From contig CAYNVS010000003.1 in assembly GCA_964400725.1 (NCBI GenBank), forward strand, positions 16,711-80,710: a stretch of DNA of 64,000 bases. Reading direction: 5' to 3'. This stretch comes from an uncultured Myxococcales bacterium. GTDB taxonomy: Bacteria > Myxococcota_A > SURF-8 > CAYNVS01. Shown piece after piece: positions 31,201-39,573 of the stretch (position 1 is the stretch's first letter; every line of letters starts with the position of its first letter). The notes under the pieces were generated by a model. The model made no database searches and was not told the origin of the DNA. It saw only the letters and a program-made list of their open reading frames with translations. Made by a program: the position numbers and the translations under genes.

Positions 31201-33605
31201 GGCGCATAGAGCTTGGCGGAACCGCCAAGAGTACCTTTACTTACGCCACAATCGAGTACGGCGATCGCTGCGTTGAAATTAAAAACAACTCGGAGATTTC
31301 AAACTCGACGGTTAGAACCTGCAAATCGTGGGGAGTGAAAATCACCAATTCTAACGGCGCCTCTCTAAACTCGGCCGACATTCGCAACAGCTCCAACATC
31401 GGAGCGGTCGTTGACGCTTCCTCTATAAACTGGACGATTGCGAACTCAAAGTTCCATGACAACGCCAAAGTCGGACTCGCGATTTCAGGCAACTCGACAG
31501 GAACTATTACCGCTTCGCAGATTTATTCAAACGGAACCGACGGCTTGACGATTGATTCGTCCGCGCCCGAGATAAGCGACGCTCTGATTCGCGACAATAC
31601 GCGTTTGGGAATTTACTATACCGGAACCAAAGGCGGAACGCTGACTCACAGCAACGTAACGGGCAACGGAGCGGAAGGAATACGCATCGAGAACAACTCC
31701 ACCGCTCCGACGATTAATTGGAACAACATCTACGGCAACTCCACAATAGGCGGAGTCAGAGTTTACGGCGACAACCCCAACCTTTCTTACAGCGGCTCCA
31801 CAACTTACACGAAAGTAACGACGTCATACTTCACGGCGCCAAACGGCGGAAAAATATTCCGCGCCAAGCTGTATTATTCGGAGAACGACAACTCTTACAA
31901 CTACATTACCGGCGGAATCGAAAACGAAAGCGGGACTTCGGTATATTCGGTAAGTTCGAACTTCTCCAACGCATGGGTGTCGTTGAGCTCTCCGGCGAAT
32001 AAAATTCGCCTGTGGGTTTACGACAACGGGCGCGGCTATACGACGACGATTTCAAGCGACGGCGTTCAGTATTACGTCGAAAATCAAGCGGGCGTAGAGC
32101 TGACCGCGGCGGTTTACGGCGTTACCGTTGACGCGCGCTACAATTACTTCGGCAAATGGAGCAACGCATTGGACGCAGTTAGTATGACGAGTCCGACCGC
32201 GCTTAACATGCAGGGTTTCGTAGGAGCCGCTTTCAACGACACTTGGAGCCGCGGGCCGTATTGGGCTGGCAGCATCAGCTCCGATACGACTTGGAGCGGA
32301 ACGATTTATATAACCGGCGACCTTACGGTTGACGCCGGAGCCACGCTCACGATGAGTCCCGGAACCAAAGTTCTTTTCGTCAAACACGATCAGGACGCGA
32401 ACGGCGTAGGCGACTTTTCAATCATTGGCAACGGCAAAATCGTCGCTACCGGCACGCCAAGCCAGTTGGTCGAGTTCAACGGCGAAAAGGGAACTACCAA
32501 GAGCTTCGAGAACATAACCCTTAAGGGAACCGACAGCGCGTTCGATTACGTGAAAATATTAAACGGACGCCAGAACCTCAACGTAGTCGGAGCGAAGGCG
32601 TCTATTAGCCACGCTGAAATTACCGCCGGAAGCGAGCGCTGCGTTTACTTCGATACAGTCGCCGCCGGCGGCTCGTTCAATTACGGCAACGTGCACGACT
32701 GCTCGTGCGACGGCGTAGTGGTTAAAGGCGGAACGCTTTCCATAGGGCACTTAACCAGCAACGGCAACACAGGCGACGGACTTTACGTTCGCAACAGCTA
32801 CGGCAACGGCGCCAACGTAACAATGACAGATTCGACTCTGCGCTTCAACACGCAGAATGGAATTTCGGTAATCGGCTCTTCTACCATTAATTTCAGCTAC
32901 AACCACTTGGGCGACAACAATATCGGAGCCGAAATAGGCGGCGCGGTAACCGGTTCGCTTACTTACACAAATATAAGCTACAACAAGCGCGAAGGCATTT
33001 TCGCCTACCGCAGCTCCAACTCCATGCCGTCGCTCGTCGTCAACTACAACAACATTTTCAGCAACTCGGTTACGGGCGGGCTGGTCGTCGGCGGAGAGAA
33101 TACGTCGTCAACGCTTAATTACAGCGGCAGCACTACTTACTCCACGGTGTACACCCCGTTCTTTACAGCGCCTGCGGGCTATTCTATTTACTGGGTAAAG
33201 ACCTCTTACAGCGAGAACGACAACTCCTATAACTACATTCAGGGCGGCATCTGCGATCAGAATAAAACCTCGATTTGGACGACTTCTTCCAACGTAAGTT
33301 CCCAGTGGGTGGATATTTCGGCGTACGGCGTGAATAAAATCGCAATGTGGGTATTTGACAACGGCCGCGGCTACACTACAACCATAACCGGCAGCGAAGT
33401 TACATACGGCAAAATCAGCGATCCGCAGGTCGTAAGCGTAAGCCTTACGGTTCTTAACACGACGGCCTCGCCCAGACTGGACGTTACGAAGAACTGGTGG
33501 GGCGATTTGAACGTTTCGCAATTCGTATCCGAGTATCCGATAGGAACTACCGATTATAGCAACGCCACCGGCAACCAGTACACCGTAGGGCCGCGCTCAA
33601 AATAA
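28248..33605 (+). CDS. Giant (1785 aa) secreted lipoprotein / adhesin-like protein. It has ~25 tandem Cys-rich ~44-aa repeats, a PKD domain, right-handed parallel beta-helix repeats, and a ~100-aa module present twice.
   Basis: Lipoprotein signal ...AAAGC, preceded by AAAGGAG. The repeats follow the pattern C.PN.K.C.GN.V..C..DGSGY..PVPC...Q.C..G.C.NQV. The PKD domain is VASFTATITGNKTIRVDAGSS...WDFENDGTFD. Beta-helix repeats include NSTVRTCKSWGVKITNS and GLAISGNSTG. The module NYSGSTTY..V.T.FFTAP.G..I....YSENDNSYNYI.GGI...WV(Y/F)DNGRGYTTTI occurs twice. Confidence 0.8.
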   Translation: MRHVLFAFILTAFFAAAGCSSDSGSKNNNNNEGDGDVSEWQNEDEDVIETADESDGAEADAETEIELEEGQVCVPNTKSCHGNTVFTCNGNGSGYLVPVDCLASQFCLEGACVNQVCKPMTAVCDGMFAFKLCLDDGSGYDTPISCASDQYCSDGACKTRVCKPGAETCIGNTHAKCLDDGSGYETPVPCNNDQFCLGGACQNQVCQPSSWTCEGATAKKQCKPDGSGYADPVVCESNQNCSNGVCAAQVCKPKDKLCQNDSVITCKDDGSGYGSPVPCGDGKNCVNGECLSQMCQPDSKVCAGNSVATCLSSGDGYGVPVPCGEGKYCDAGTCKTQVCAPLAQACDQNGAVIVCNSNGSAWGTPSNCGSGKYCKDGLCFNQVCAPNEKTCDTVTSYKVCKADGSAYETSIPCGEKQVCKTNGTCEARTCEPQSITCQGNSIAICNGDGTGYLTPIPCGENKYCENGVCNAYVCAPNSKICDGNGVAVCKTNGSGYNATVACGAAQFCKDGVCTDAFCTPNKRECVSANTYRMCAADGSKWLDASDCGAGKFCQDPDGVCMNQVCQPNSYACADNTSYKQCNAAGSGYNNAVSCAANQYCNNGICSAAACTANERKCDGDYMYHICNAAGTAWNASVACGFNKYCEDPNGACKDTICAPNSQECVNASSYKLCNSKGSAWSDPILCSGNYICDLGSCKDPGSLPDPKIDVQFVRPQPEATVELTQGDTYKTLINAVMTGGTIEKVELLVDDAVYATDNSLPYEITFSIPAQATTGYTYKLQAKAYGNNQRNNVSKLAYIKIRNDKPVASFTATITGNKTIRVDAGSSTDRETATDDLLVRWDFENDGTFDSDWNAAKVATWTYPTSGTFTVRMQVKDAVGQIDETTHSVTFSDTSYVGGDITASTTWYGTVVITGSVNIKGTACVTVSEGTTVLFAWQDTVPADGVGDYNIVVSETGCLNVNGTAEKPVIFSSYGTGHTSAGAWGRIELGGTAKSTFTYATIEYGDRCVEIKNNSEISNSTVRTCKSWGVKITNSNGASLNSADIRNSSNIGAVVDASSINWTIANSKFHDNAKVGLAISGNSTGTITASQIYSNGTDGLTIDSSAPEISDALIRDNTRLGIYYTGTKGGTLTHSNVTGNGAEGIRIENNSTAPTINWNNIYGNSTIGGVRVYGDNPNLSYSGSTTYTKVTTSYFTAPNGGKIFRAKLYYSENDNSYNYITGGIENESGTSVYSVSSNFSNAWVSLSSPANKIRLWVYDNGRGYTTTISSDGVQYYVENQAGVELTAAVYGVTVDARYNYFGKWSNALDAVSMTSPTALNMQGFVGAAFNDTWSRGPYWAGSISSDTTWSGTIYITGDLTVDAGATLTMSPGTKVLFVKHDQDANGVGDFSIIGNGKIVATGTPSQLVEFNGEKGTTKSFENITLKGTDSAFDYVKILNGRQNLNVVGAKASISHAEITAGSERCVYFDTVAAGGSFNYGNVHDCSCDGVVVKGGTLSIGHLTSNGNTGDGLYVRNSYGNGANVTMTDSTLRFNTQNGISVIGSSTINFSYNHLGDNNIGAEIGGAVTGSLTYTNISYNKREGIFAYRSSNSMPSLVVNYNNIFSNSVTGGLVVGGENTSSTLNYSGSTTYSTVYTPFFTAPAGYSIYWVKTSYSENDNSYNYIQGGICDQNKTSIWTTSSNVSSQWVDISAYGVNKIAMWVFDNGRGYTTTITGSEVTYGKISDPQVVSVSLTVLNTTASPRLDVTKNWWGDLNVSQFVSEYPIGTTDYSNATGNQYTVGPRSK

Positions 33606-33685
33606 GAGAATTGAAACGACTTTAAAACGCTTCAGGGCGGGCGAAAGCCTGCCCTGAATTGTATTGCGGCGGAAGCGGGTTCATC

Positions 33686-36391
33686 ATGGACGCAAGACGC
33701 CTTGTCTGCATATTAGCAATATTTACGGCGGTTGCCGCTGGGGAGTTTCCTTTGTCTGTAGGGGGCGACGAAGCGGACGTTTCCGCCCAAACTAATCCGG
33801 TCGAGGCGCCGATGACGCTTCTCAATATACCGCCCGTTCAATATTACACGCCCGCAGAGGACGGCTCCTTTGAAACTTGCCCGCCTGAAGCGTGCAATCC
33901 TTCCGGCGCTTGCCAAAAATGGCGGAAACATTACTCCGCGGCTCTAAGCATGACGCTGGACGAGCGCTTTGAATGCGCCGCAAAGCTGCTATCGACTCTG
34001 CTTGAATGCCCGGCTAAGCCCGGCGAATTGGCGCTTAAGGCAAGATTGGCGCTTGGGAAACTGCTCCTGAACGGCTCCCGCTGCGAAGAAGCCCTAAAGA
34101 CGATTCCGGCGGAAGCCTCTTTGCCCAAAAGCATGAGCGCGCTGGTTCCGAGGGCGATTTTGCTTAAAGCGCAGGCGAACCTTTCCTGCGGTTCGGCATC
34201 CCTCGGCAAACAGCTTTTCGCAAAAATCATCGACGGCGAATACCCTGAAAATTACAAGGTCGAAGCCTACTCGGCGCTCATGCAGGCCGCCTTCGTTAAA
34301 GACTCCTACAAAGAGATACAAACGCTGCACAACCGTTTTTGGAGGCTGTTTAAGGACGAAAATGGGAATCCGATAAACGAAAAGAAAAAGCGGTCGCAGC
34401 TTACGAAGAACGAACTGCTCGCCTTAGAGGCGCAAGGCATGAGCCTCTTTTACTATTCCGTCGCCGCCGACAGGCTTTCTCAAAGAGCGCGATTCGTCGA
34501 TTCGGCGGGGTTTTTGCTTCTCTCATACCAGCAAACTCAGGGCGGCGCTCTGTTTGAAAGCGTTTACGGCGGCGATATTCCCGGCATACTGCTTGAATAC
34601 GCGAAGGACTCGGAAGAGAAGCTTCTCTCCGTCGTCAAGGCTCTCAACTGGCGCAACCGTTCAGACATTGTATTTGAGCTTTTCCAAAAAATCGTTTCCG
34701 AAAAAAACGGCTCGCTTTTAGCCCTTAGTCCGCCGCTCGCCGACGCTTTAGCGGAGGCTTACCTGCGCGGAAGAAGATACGAGGAGGCGATTCTTTTCGT
34801 CTCGGCTCTGCTGGACATGCAGCCGCACTACGAGAAACTTGAGGAAAGGCTGGTAATGCTCGCCAAAGCCGAGAGTCGTATGGGGCGCGCCGATCGCGCC
34901 GCCGCGATTTACGATAAACTTTACTCGCAGTTTGGCAAAAGCAAAAAGAGCGACGCCGACGAGTCGCTTTTTATGGCGGCGTTTCACGAAGGAAAGGCCG
35001 GACGCTTTGAAAAAGCCGCGCAAACGATGGACAAGCTGGCGACGTCTAAGACTGCAAACGGCAAAACAAAGGCCAAAGCGGCGTGGTACCGCGCGTGGTT
35101 CGCGTATAAATCAAAGAATTACGAAAAAGCGCTTTCGTTGTTCTCAGCCCTTGAAAAATCAAGCCCCAAAGCCAAGCGGCAATTCGCGTATTGGCGCGCC
35201 AGAACGCTGCATCAGCAGGGAAACATAGACGCGGCGCGGACTATTTATAAAGAGCTCTCGGATAAAACAAATCTGGACTATTACTTCGTTCTCGCCAATC
35301 AAAGGTTGTCGGCTATAAGCGACGACGAGGTTTCGGATAAAAACTCAAAGAATAGCAAAGTTGGCGCGAACGGGACGATTGAGGGAATAAAGCTCGCGGA
35401 AAAATCAATTGAAAATTCGCTGCCCGACCTGGAAAGTTTTTACGAAAGCGCTCAGGAGATTGAGCAATGTCCCGACTTGTTGCCGATCCGCGACTCTGCG
35501 GCGCTGGCTTCAGCCGGTTTTTTCGACGAAGCGCGGGACGCGGTAAAACTGTTTGCGGAAGAGCGGCGAAAAGCCGGAAATAAATTTAAATTTGCGGCGG
35601 GGAAAAAGAGCTTCGGCAATGCGAAGCCGCGGCAGGATTTCAAGGAAAAAGCGGACTTTAAGGATAAGAAAAAGCCTAAAGGTTCGCCGAAAATTTCCGC
35701 GGAAAAACGCAAAGTTTCCTGCGACGCGGAAGCCTTTTTGCAGCGCTTCGACTTAGAACAATATCTTCTAGCGGTGCGGTATTACGGCGAGGCGTTCAGG
35801 CGCGGCTTCATGCTCGACGTTTCGGGCTCGGACGACGACGACGAAGATTCTCAAACCGTTTCAATTCCGCCTTTTTACGCCGGTCTCGTTTCGGACGCGT
35901 CCAAAAAGTTCGGCGTTCCTGGGGTTTTCGCGATGTCCATATTGCACGCGGAAAGCAACTTCGACGCCTATGCGACTAGCCCGGTAGGCGCGCAGGGACT
36001 TATGCAAATAATGCCGTACACCGCGGCAAAAATAGCAAAATACCAAACGCAGACGGGCTTTTCTGCGTCGGGTTTATACGACCCGGCGTACAACGTGGGC
36101 ATGGGCGCGTGGTATTTGGCCGCGCTATACAGACGCTTCGACGGATGCGTAAGCCTTGCGGCCGCTTCCTATAACGCCGGACCGCATAACGTTTCGGGGT
36201 GGCTTACTATGGACGCGTCGCAGCCGCTCGACGAATTCGTCGAGTCTATTCCGTTCCTCGAAACGCGCAACTACGTTAAGAAGGTCATAAAATACGCGCT
36301 GCGATATAAAACGGCCTACAAAGCAGATTTTGTATTCGACGATTACGCGCTTCCGCCTCCCGCGCAAACGAGTAATTTCCCAGACTTTTAA
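33686..36391 (+). CDS. Large periplasmic lytic murein transglycosylase (N-terminal TPR/superhelical region plus C-terminal SLT domain)
   Basis: Signal-like N-terminus MDARRLVCILAIFTAVAAG. A long helical TPR-like region follows. The SLT catalytic region reads AMSILHAESNFDAYATSPVGAQGLMQIMPYTA...YDPAYNVGMGAWYL...AAASYNAGPHNV. Confidence 0.75.
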   Translation: MDARRLVCILAIFTAVAAGEFPLSVGGDEADVSAQTNPVEAPMTLLNIPPVQYYTPAEDGSFETCPPEACNPSGACQKWRKHYSAALSMTLDERFECAAKLLSTLLECPAKPGELALKARLALGKLLLNGSRCEEALKTIPAEASLPKSMSALVPRAILLKAQANLSCGSASLGKQLFAKIIDGEYPENYKVEAYSALMQAAFVKDSYKEIQTLHNRFWRLFKDENGNPINEKKKRSQLTKNELLALEAQGMSLFYYSVAADRLSQRARFVDSAGFLLLSYQQTQGGALFESVYGGDIPGILLEYAKDSEEKLLSVVKALNWRNRSDIVFELFQKIVSEKNGSLLALSPPLADALAEAYLRGRRYEEAILFVSALLDMQPHYEKLEERLVMLAKAESRMGRADRAAAIYDKLYSQFGKSKKSDADESLFMAAFHEGKAGRFEKAAQTMDKLATSKTANGKTKAKAAWYRAWFAYKSKNYEKALSLFSALEKSSPKAKRQFAYWRARTLHQQGNIDAARTIYKELSDKTNLDYYFVLANQRLSAISDDEVSDKNSKNSKVGANGTIEGIKLAEKSIENSLPDLESFYESAQEIEQCPDLLPIRDSAALASAGFFDEARDAVKLFAEERRKAGNKFKFAAGKKSFGNAKPRQDFKEKADFKDKKKPKGSPKISAEKRKVSCDAEAFLQRFDLEQYLLAVRYYGEAFRRGFMLDVSGSDDDDEDSQTVSIPPFYAGLVSDASKKFGVPGVFAMSILHAESNFDAYATSPVGAQGLMQIMPYTAAKIAKYQTQTGFSASGLYDPAYNVGMGAWYLAALYRRFDGCVSLAAASYNAGPHNVSGWLTMDASQPLDEFVESIPFLETRNYVKKVIKYALRYKTAYKADFVFDDYALPPPAQTSNFPDF

Positions 36392-36424
36392 GTTGTTTAT
36401 TAAAATTTACAAGAAAATAAAAAA

Positions 36425-36499
36425 TGGTGGGCGATATTGGTTTCGAACCAACGACTTCCACCGTGTGAAGATGGCACTCTACCGCTGAGTTAATCGCCC
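36425..36499 (-). tRNA. tRNA-Val (anticodon CAC)
   Basis: The reverse complement folds as a cloverleaf: GGGCGAT acceptor, TCAGCGGTAGAG D-loop, anticodon loop TTCACAC, GGTTCGAAACC T-arm, and an encoded CCA. Confidence 0.8.
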
Positions 36500-36502
36500 A
36501 CA

Positions 36503-36580
<78 letters not shown>

Positions 36581-36795
36581 AAAGCCTCTGCGCAGTTTTT
36601 TACAATTATACGCAGAGCGCCGTTTTGTCAAGTATTTAATCTTTTAAAAAAATCCGTCAAATCAAAAAATAATAAGACTTTTTATTTGTTTTTTACCCGC
36701 TCTATTGACTTATTTTCGGCGCGGCGTATTAATTTCTATTGCGTAAATAATTAAGATGTAACGTTTGTTTTGCGCTTTTATAATCGGAGGACGCA

Positions 36796-37812
36796 ATGAA
36801 ACTTACTTTTAAAGTAATCTTGACGGTTTTAGCGGCGCTTACGCTTCCCGCCTGTTTCAACGGAACAAAGGTTTCTCTTCTGGGCAAATTTCCGGAGCCT
36901 TTGCAAGAAACTCATGTTTTGGGCGATAAGGACGCGCAAAATAAAATCGCAGTCCTTGAACTAAACGGAGCGATAACCTATGACCGCGGAAGCTGCATCG
37001 GCTCGTGCGAAGCCTCGCCCGTAGCGGCGATTTTGGCGAGGCTTGAATTAGCGGCCAAGGACGAAAACGTCAAAGCGGTCGTTCTCAAGCTCGACACTCC
37101 CGGAGGGGGAGTCGCGCCGTCGGATCTGCTGTTTGAGGAACTAAAGAAGTTTCGCGCCAAGACTAATAAACCGGTCGTCGCCTTCATGGACGAAGTCGCG
37201 GCAAGCGGCGGCGTTTACGTCGCCATGGGCGCCGATTACGTAATCGCATCTCCGACCACAATCACCGGGAGCATCGGCGTAATTTTCCAACGCGCCGACC
37301 TGACCGGATTAATAGCGAAAATAGGCGTTAAAATGCCGGTTTATAAATCCGGCGAGCATAAAGACATGGGGAGTCCGTTCAAGGACGAAAAAGAGTCGGC
37401 GAAGGACGACGAGCTGTTTACAAAGCTCGTTATGGACTTCTACGACCGATTCGTATCGGTCGTGGCCGAGGGACGTAAGATGAGAAAAGAGGAAGTTTTA
37501 AATATAGCGGACGGCCGTATTTACACCGCCAAGGACGCGCTGAGTATAAAGCTCATCGACCAAATCGGCGATCTGCAAGACGCTTGGAAAAAAGCCGCGC
37601 AGCTGGCGAAAATAGACGCGGATAAGAGCCGTCTGGTTATGTATCGCAACTACCGCGTATATAACGACACGCCTTACGGCCCGGCGGCAATGGTAAACGC
37701 CGATCAGTTTAACGCAAGCCTGTTCGACGGAGTTATTTACGAGAAACTCGGGCTTATGTTAAAGCCCGGATTTTATTACGTCTGCCCCGCTCTTACGGCG
37801 ACGGCGGAATAA
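36796..37812 (+). CDS. sppA: Signal peptide peptidase SppA (36K type)
   Basis: ClpP/crotonase-like S49 motifs are present (ASGGVYVAMGADYVIASPTTITGSIGV), with an N-terminal signal/anchor. RBS GGAGG upstream. Confidence 0.8.
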   Translation: MKLTFKVILTVLAALTLPACFNGTKVSLLGKFPEPLQETHVLGDKDAQNKIAVLELNGAITYDRGSCIGSCEASPVAAILARLELAAKDENVKAVVLKLDTPGGGVAPSDLLFEELKKFRAKTNKPVVAFMDEVAASGGVYVAMGADYVIASPTTITGSIGVIFQRADLTGLIAKIGVKMPVYKSGEHKDMGSPFKDEKESAKDDELFTKLVMDFYDRFVSVVAEGRKMRKEEVLNIADGRIYTAKDALSIKLIDQIGDLQDAWKKAAQLAKIDADKSRLVMYRNYRVYNDTPYGPAAMVNADQFNASLFDGVIYEKLGLMLKPGFYYVCPALTATAE

Positions 37813-37837
37813 ATCATTTATTTTAACGGAGGAAAAA

Positions 37838-38065
37838 ATGGCGACCCGCGAAGACATCGAGAAGGTAATCGAAGAAATGATTCGCCCGCGCTTGGCTATG
37901 GACGGCGGCGACTGCGAACTGGTAGATTACAAGGAAAACAAGGTTTACATCAAATTGACCGGACATTGCCACGGCTGCCCGATGGCCGCCATGACGCTTC
38001 AATTTGGAATCGAGCAGGTGATAAAAGAGAGGTATCCCGAAGTAGAGGCGGTTGTTCCGGTTTAA
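37838..38065 (+). CDS. NifU-like (Nfu-type) Fe-S cluster assembly domain protein
   Basis: 75 aa carrying LAMDGGDCELVDY...LTGHCHGCPMAAMTLQ, a CxxC Nfu-domain motif. RBS GGAGG upstream. Confidence 0.75.
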   Translation: MATREDIEKVIEEMIRPRLAMDGGDCELVDYKENKVYIKLTGHCHGCPMAAMTLQFGIEQVIKERYPEVEAVVPV

Positions 38066-38178
38066 ATTAAATCGAGCCTTAAAAGCTAACTTGGGAGAGA
38101 GTTTCCCGTCGCAGGAAAAATTTGCAAGGCGGTAGAAATAAATCTGATAGCCGAGCTAAAATTAATTAAGGAGATTAA

Positions 38179-39480
38179 ATGATTCCTCGTTACGATACGG
38201 CCGAGATGCGAAGATTGTGGAGCGAAGAGAACAAATTTAAAACGTGGCTGGAAGTGGAAATGGCCGCCGCAAAGGTTATGGCCGAAGAAGGCGTCGTTCC
38301 TGCGGAAGAGTACGAGGCGATGGTCAAACGTCTGCCGCTTCCAATGGATTCCGACAGGATTTCCGCTCTTGAGAAAGAAAGCCGCCACGACGTTATCGCG
38401 TTTCTAATGCACGTCGAGGAGCTTGCCGGCCCCCCCGCGCGAATTTTGCATTACGGCATGACAAGCTACGACGTCGTTGACACGGCGTACGCTTTGCGTC
38501 TGCGCGCCGCCTCCGACCTTATTTTAAAGGAGCTGGACGAACTGCTGGAAGCGATTAAAAGGCGCGCGATGGAATGCAAATATACTCCGTGCGTCGGGCG
38601 AAGCCACGGCATTCACGCCGAGCCGGTTTCATTCGGCGTCGTTCTGGCGAGGTGGCACGCGGCCGTTTCTCGGAGCAAAGAGCGCATAGTTTCGGCTAAG
38701 GAAGAAATAAGTTACGGCAAGCTGTCGGGCGCGGTGGGCGTTTACGGCGTGCTGCCGCCTTCAATTGAAGAAAAGACTATGGCCGCGCTTTCGCTCAAAC
38801 CCGAAACCGCCGCAAGTCAGGTCGTCCCGCGGGACCGCCACGCGGTTTACTTCAACGCCCTCGCCATGCTCGGAACGGTCGTGGAGGATATATCTATTAA
38901 CCTGCGGCACTACCAACGCACGGAAGTAGGGGAGGTCATCGAGGCTTTTGCCAAAGGGCAGCGCGGAAGCAGCGCTATGCCGCATAAGAAGAACCCTATT
39001 TCCGCGGAAAATCTATCGGGGTTGTCGCGCCTGCTGCGCTCGTACGCGCTGGCTGGAATGGAAAACGTCGCGCTGTGGCACGAGCGGGATATTTCTCACA
39101 GTTCGGTTGAGAGGATGATTTCTCCCGACGCCAGCACCTTGGCGCACTACATCGTCCGCAGGCTGAAGAACCTCATTGAAGGCATGGAGGTTAAGAGCGA
39201 GAGGATGCTCGCCAACCTGAACATGACTAAGGGGCTTATTTTCAGCGAGAAAGTAATGCTTGCGCTAGTTTCAAAGGGCTTCGTCCGAAGCGACGCGTAT
39301 AAAATCGTTCAACGCGCCGCTATGGCGACGATGGAGAGCGGGCTCGACTTTAAAACAAACCTTTTAGCCGATGAGGAGCTTAAGAAAACTCTGACTTCCG
39401 GCGAACTCGAAGAGTGTTTCGATATGAATAAACACCTTAAGCACGTGGACGAGATATTCAGGCGCGTCTTCGGCGCCTGA
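38179..39480 (+). CDS. purB: Adenylosuccinate lyase
   Basis: N-terminus MIPRYDTAEMRRLWSEENKF is typical of PurB. The lyase-1 family signature GSSAMPHKKNP is present. 433 aa. Confidence 0.9.
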   Translation: MIPRYDTAEMRRLWSEENKFKTWLEVEMAAAKVMAEEGVVPAEEYEAMVKRLPLPMDSDRISALEKESRHDVIAFLMHVEELAGPPARILHYGMTSYDVVDTAYALRLRAASDLILKELDELLEAIKRRAMECKYTPCVGRSHGIHAEPVSFGVVLARWHAAVSRSKERIVSAKEEISYGKLSGAVGVYGVLPPSIEEKTMAALSLKPETAASQVVPRDRHAVYFNALAMLGTVVEDISINLRHYQRTEVGEVIEAFAKGQRGSSAMPHKKNPISAENLSGLSRLLRSYALAGMENVALWHERDISHSSVERMISPDASTLAHYIVRRLKNLIEGMEVKSERMLANLNMTKGLIFSEKVMLALVSKGFVRSDAYKIVQRAAMATMESGLDFKTNLLADEELKKTLTSGELEECFDMNKHLKHVDEIFRRVFGA

Positions 39481-39573
39481 ACTTGAGCGCGCGACTTCAG
39501 AATAAAAGCAAATCCCTCTTTTCCGCCAAACGCAAAAGAGGGATTTTTTGTTTGCAACCGCGCGTTGTATTCT

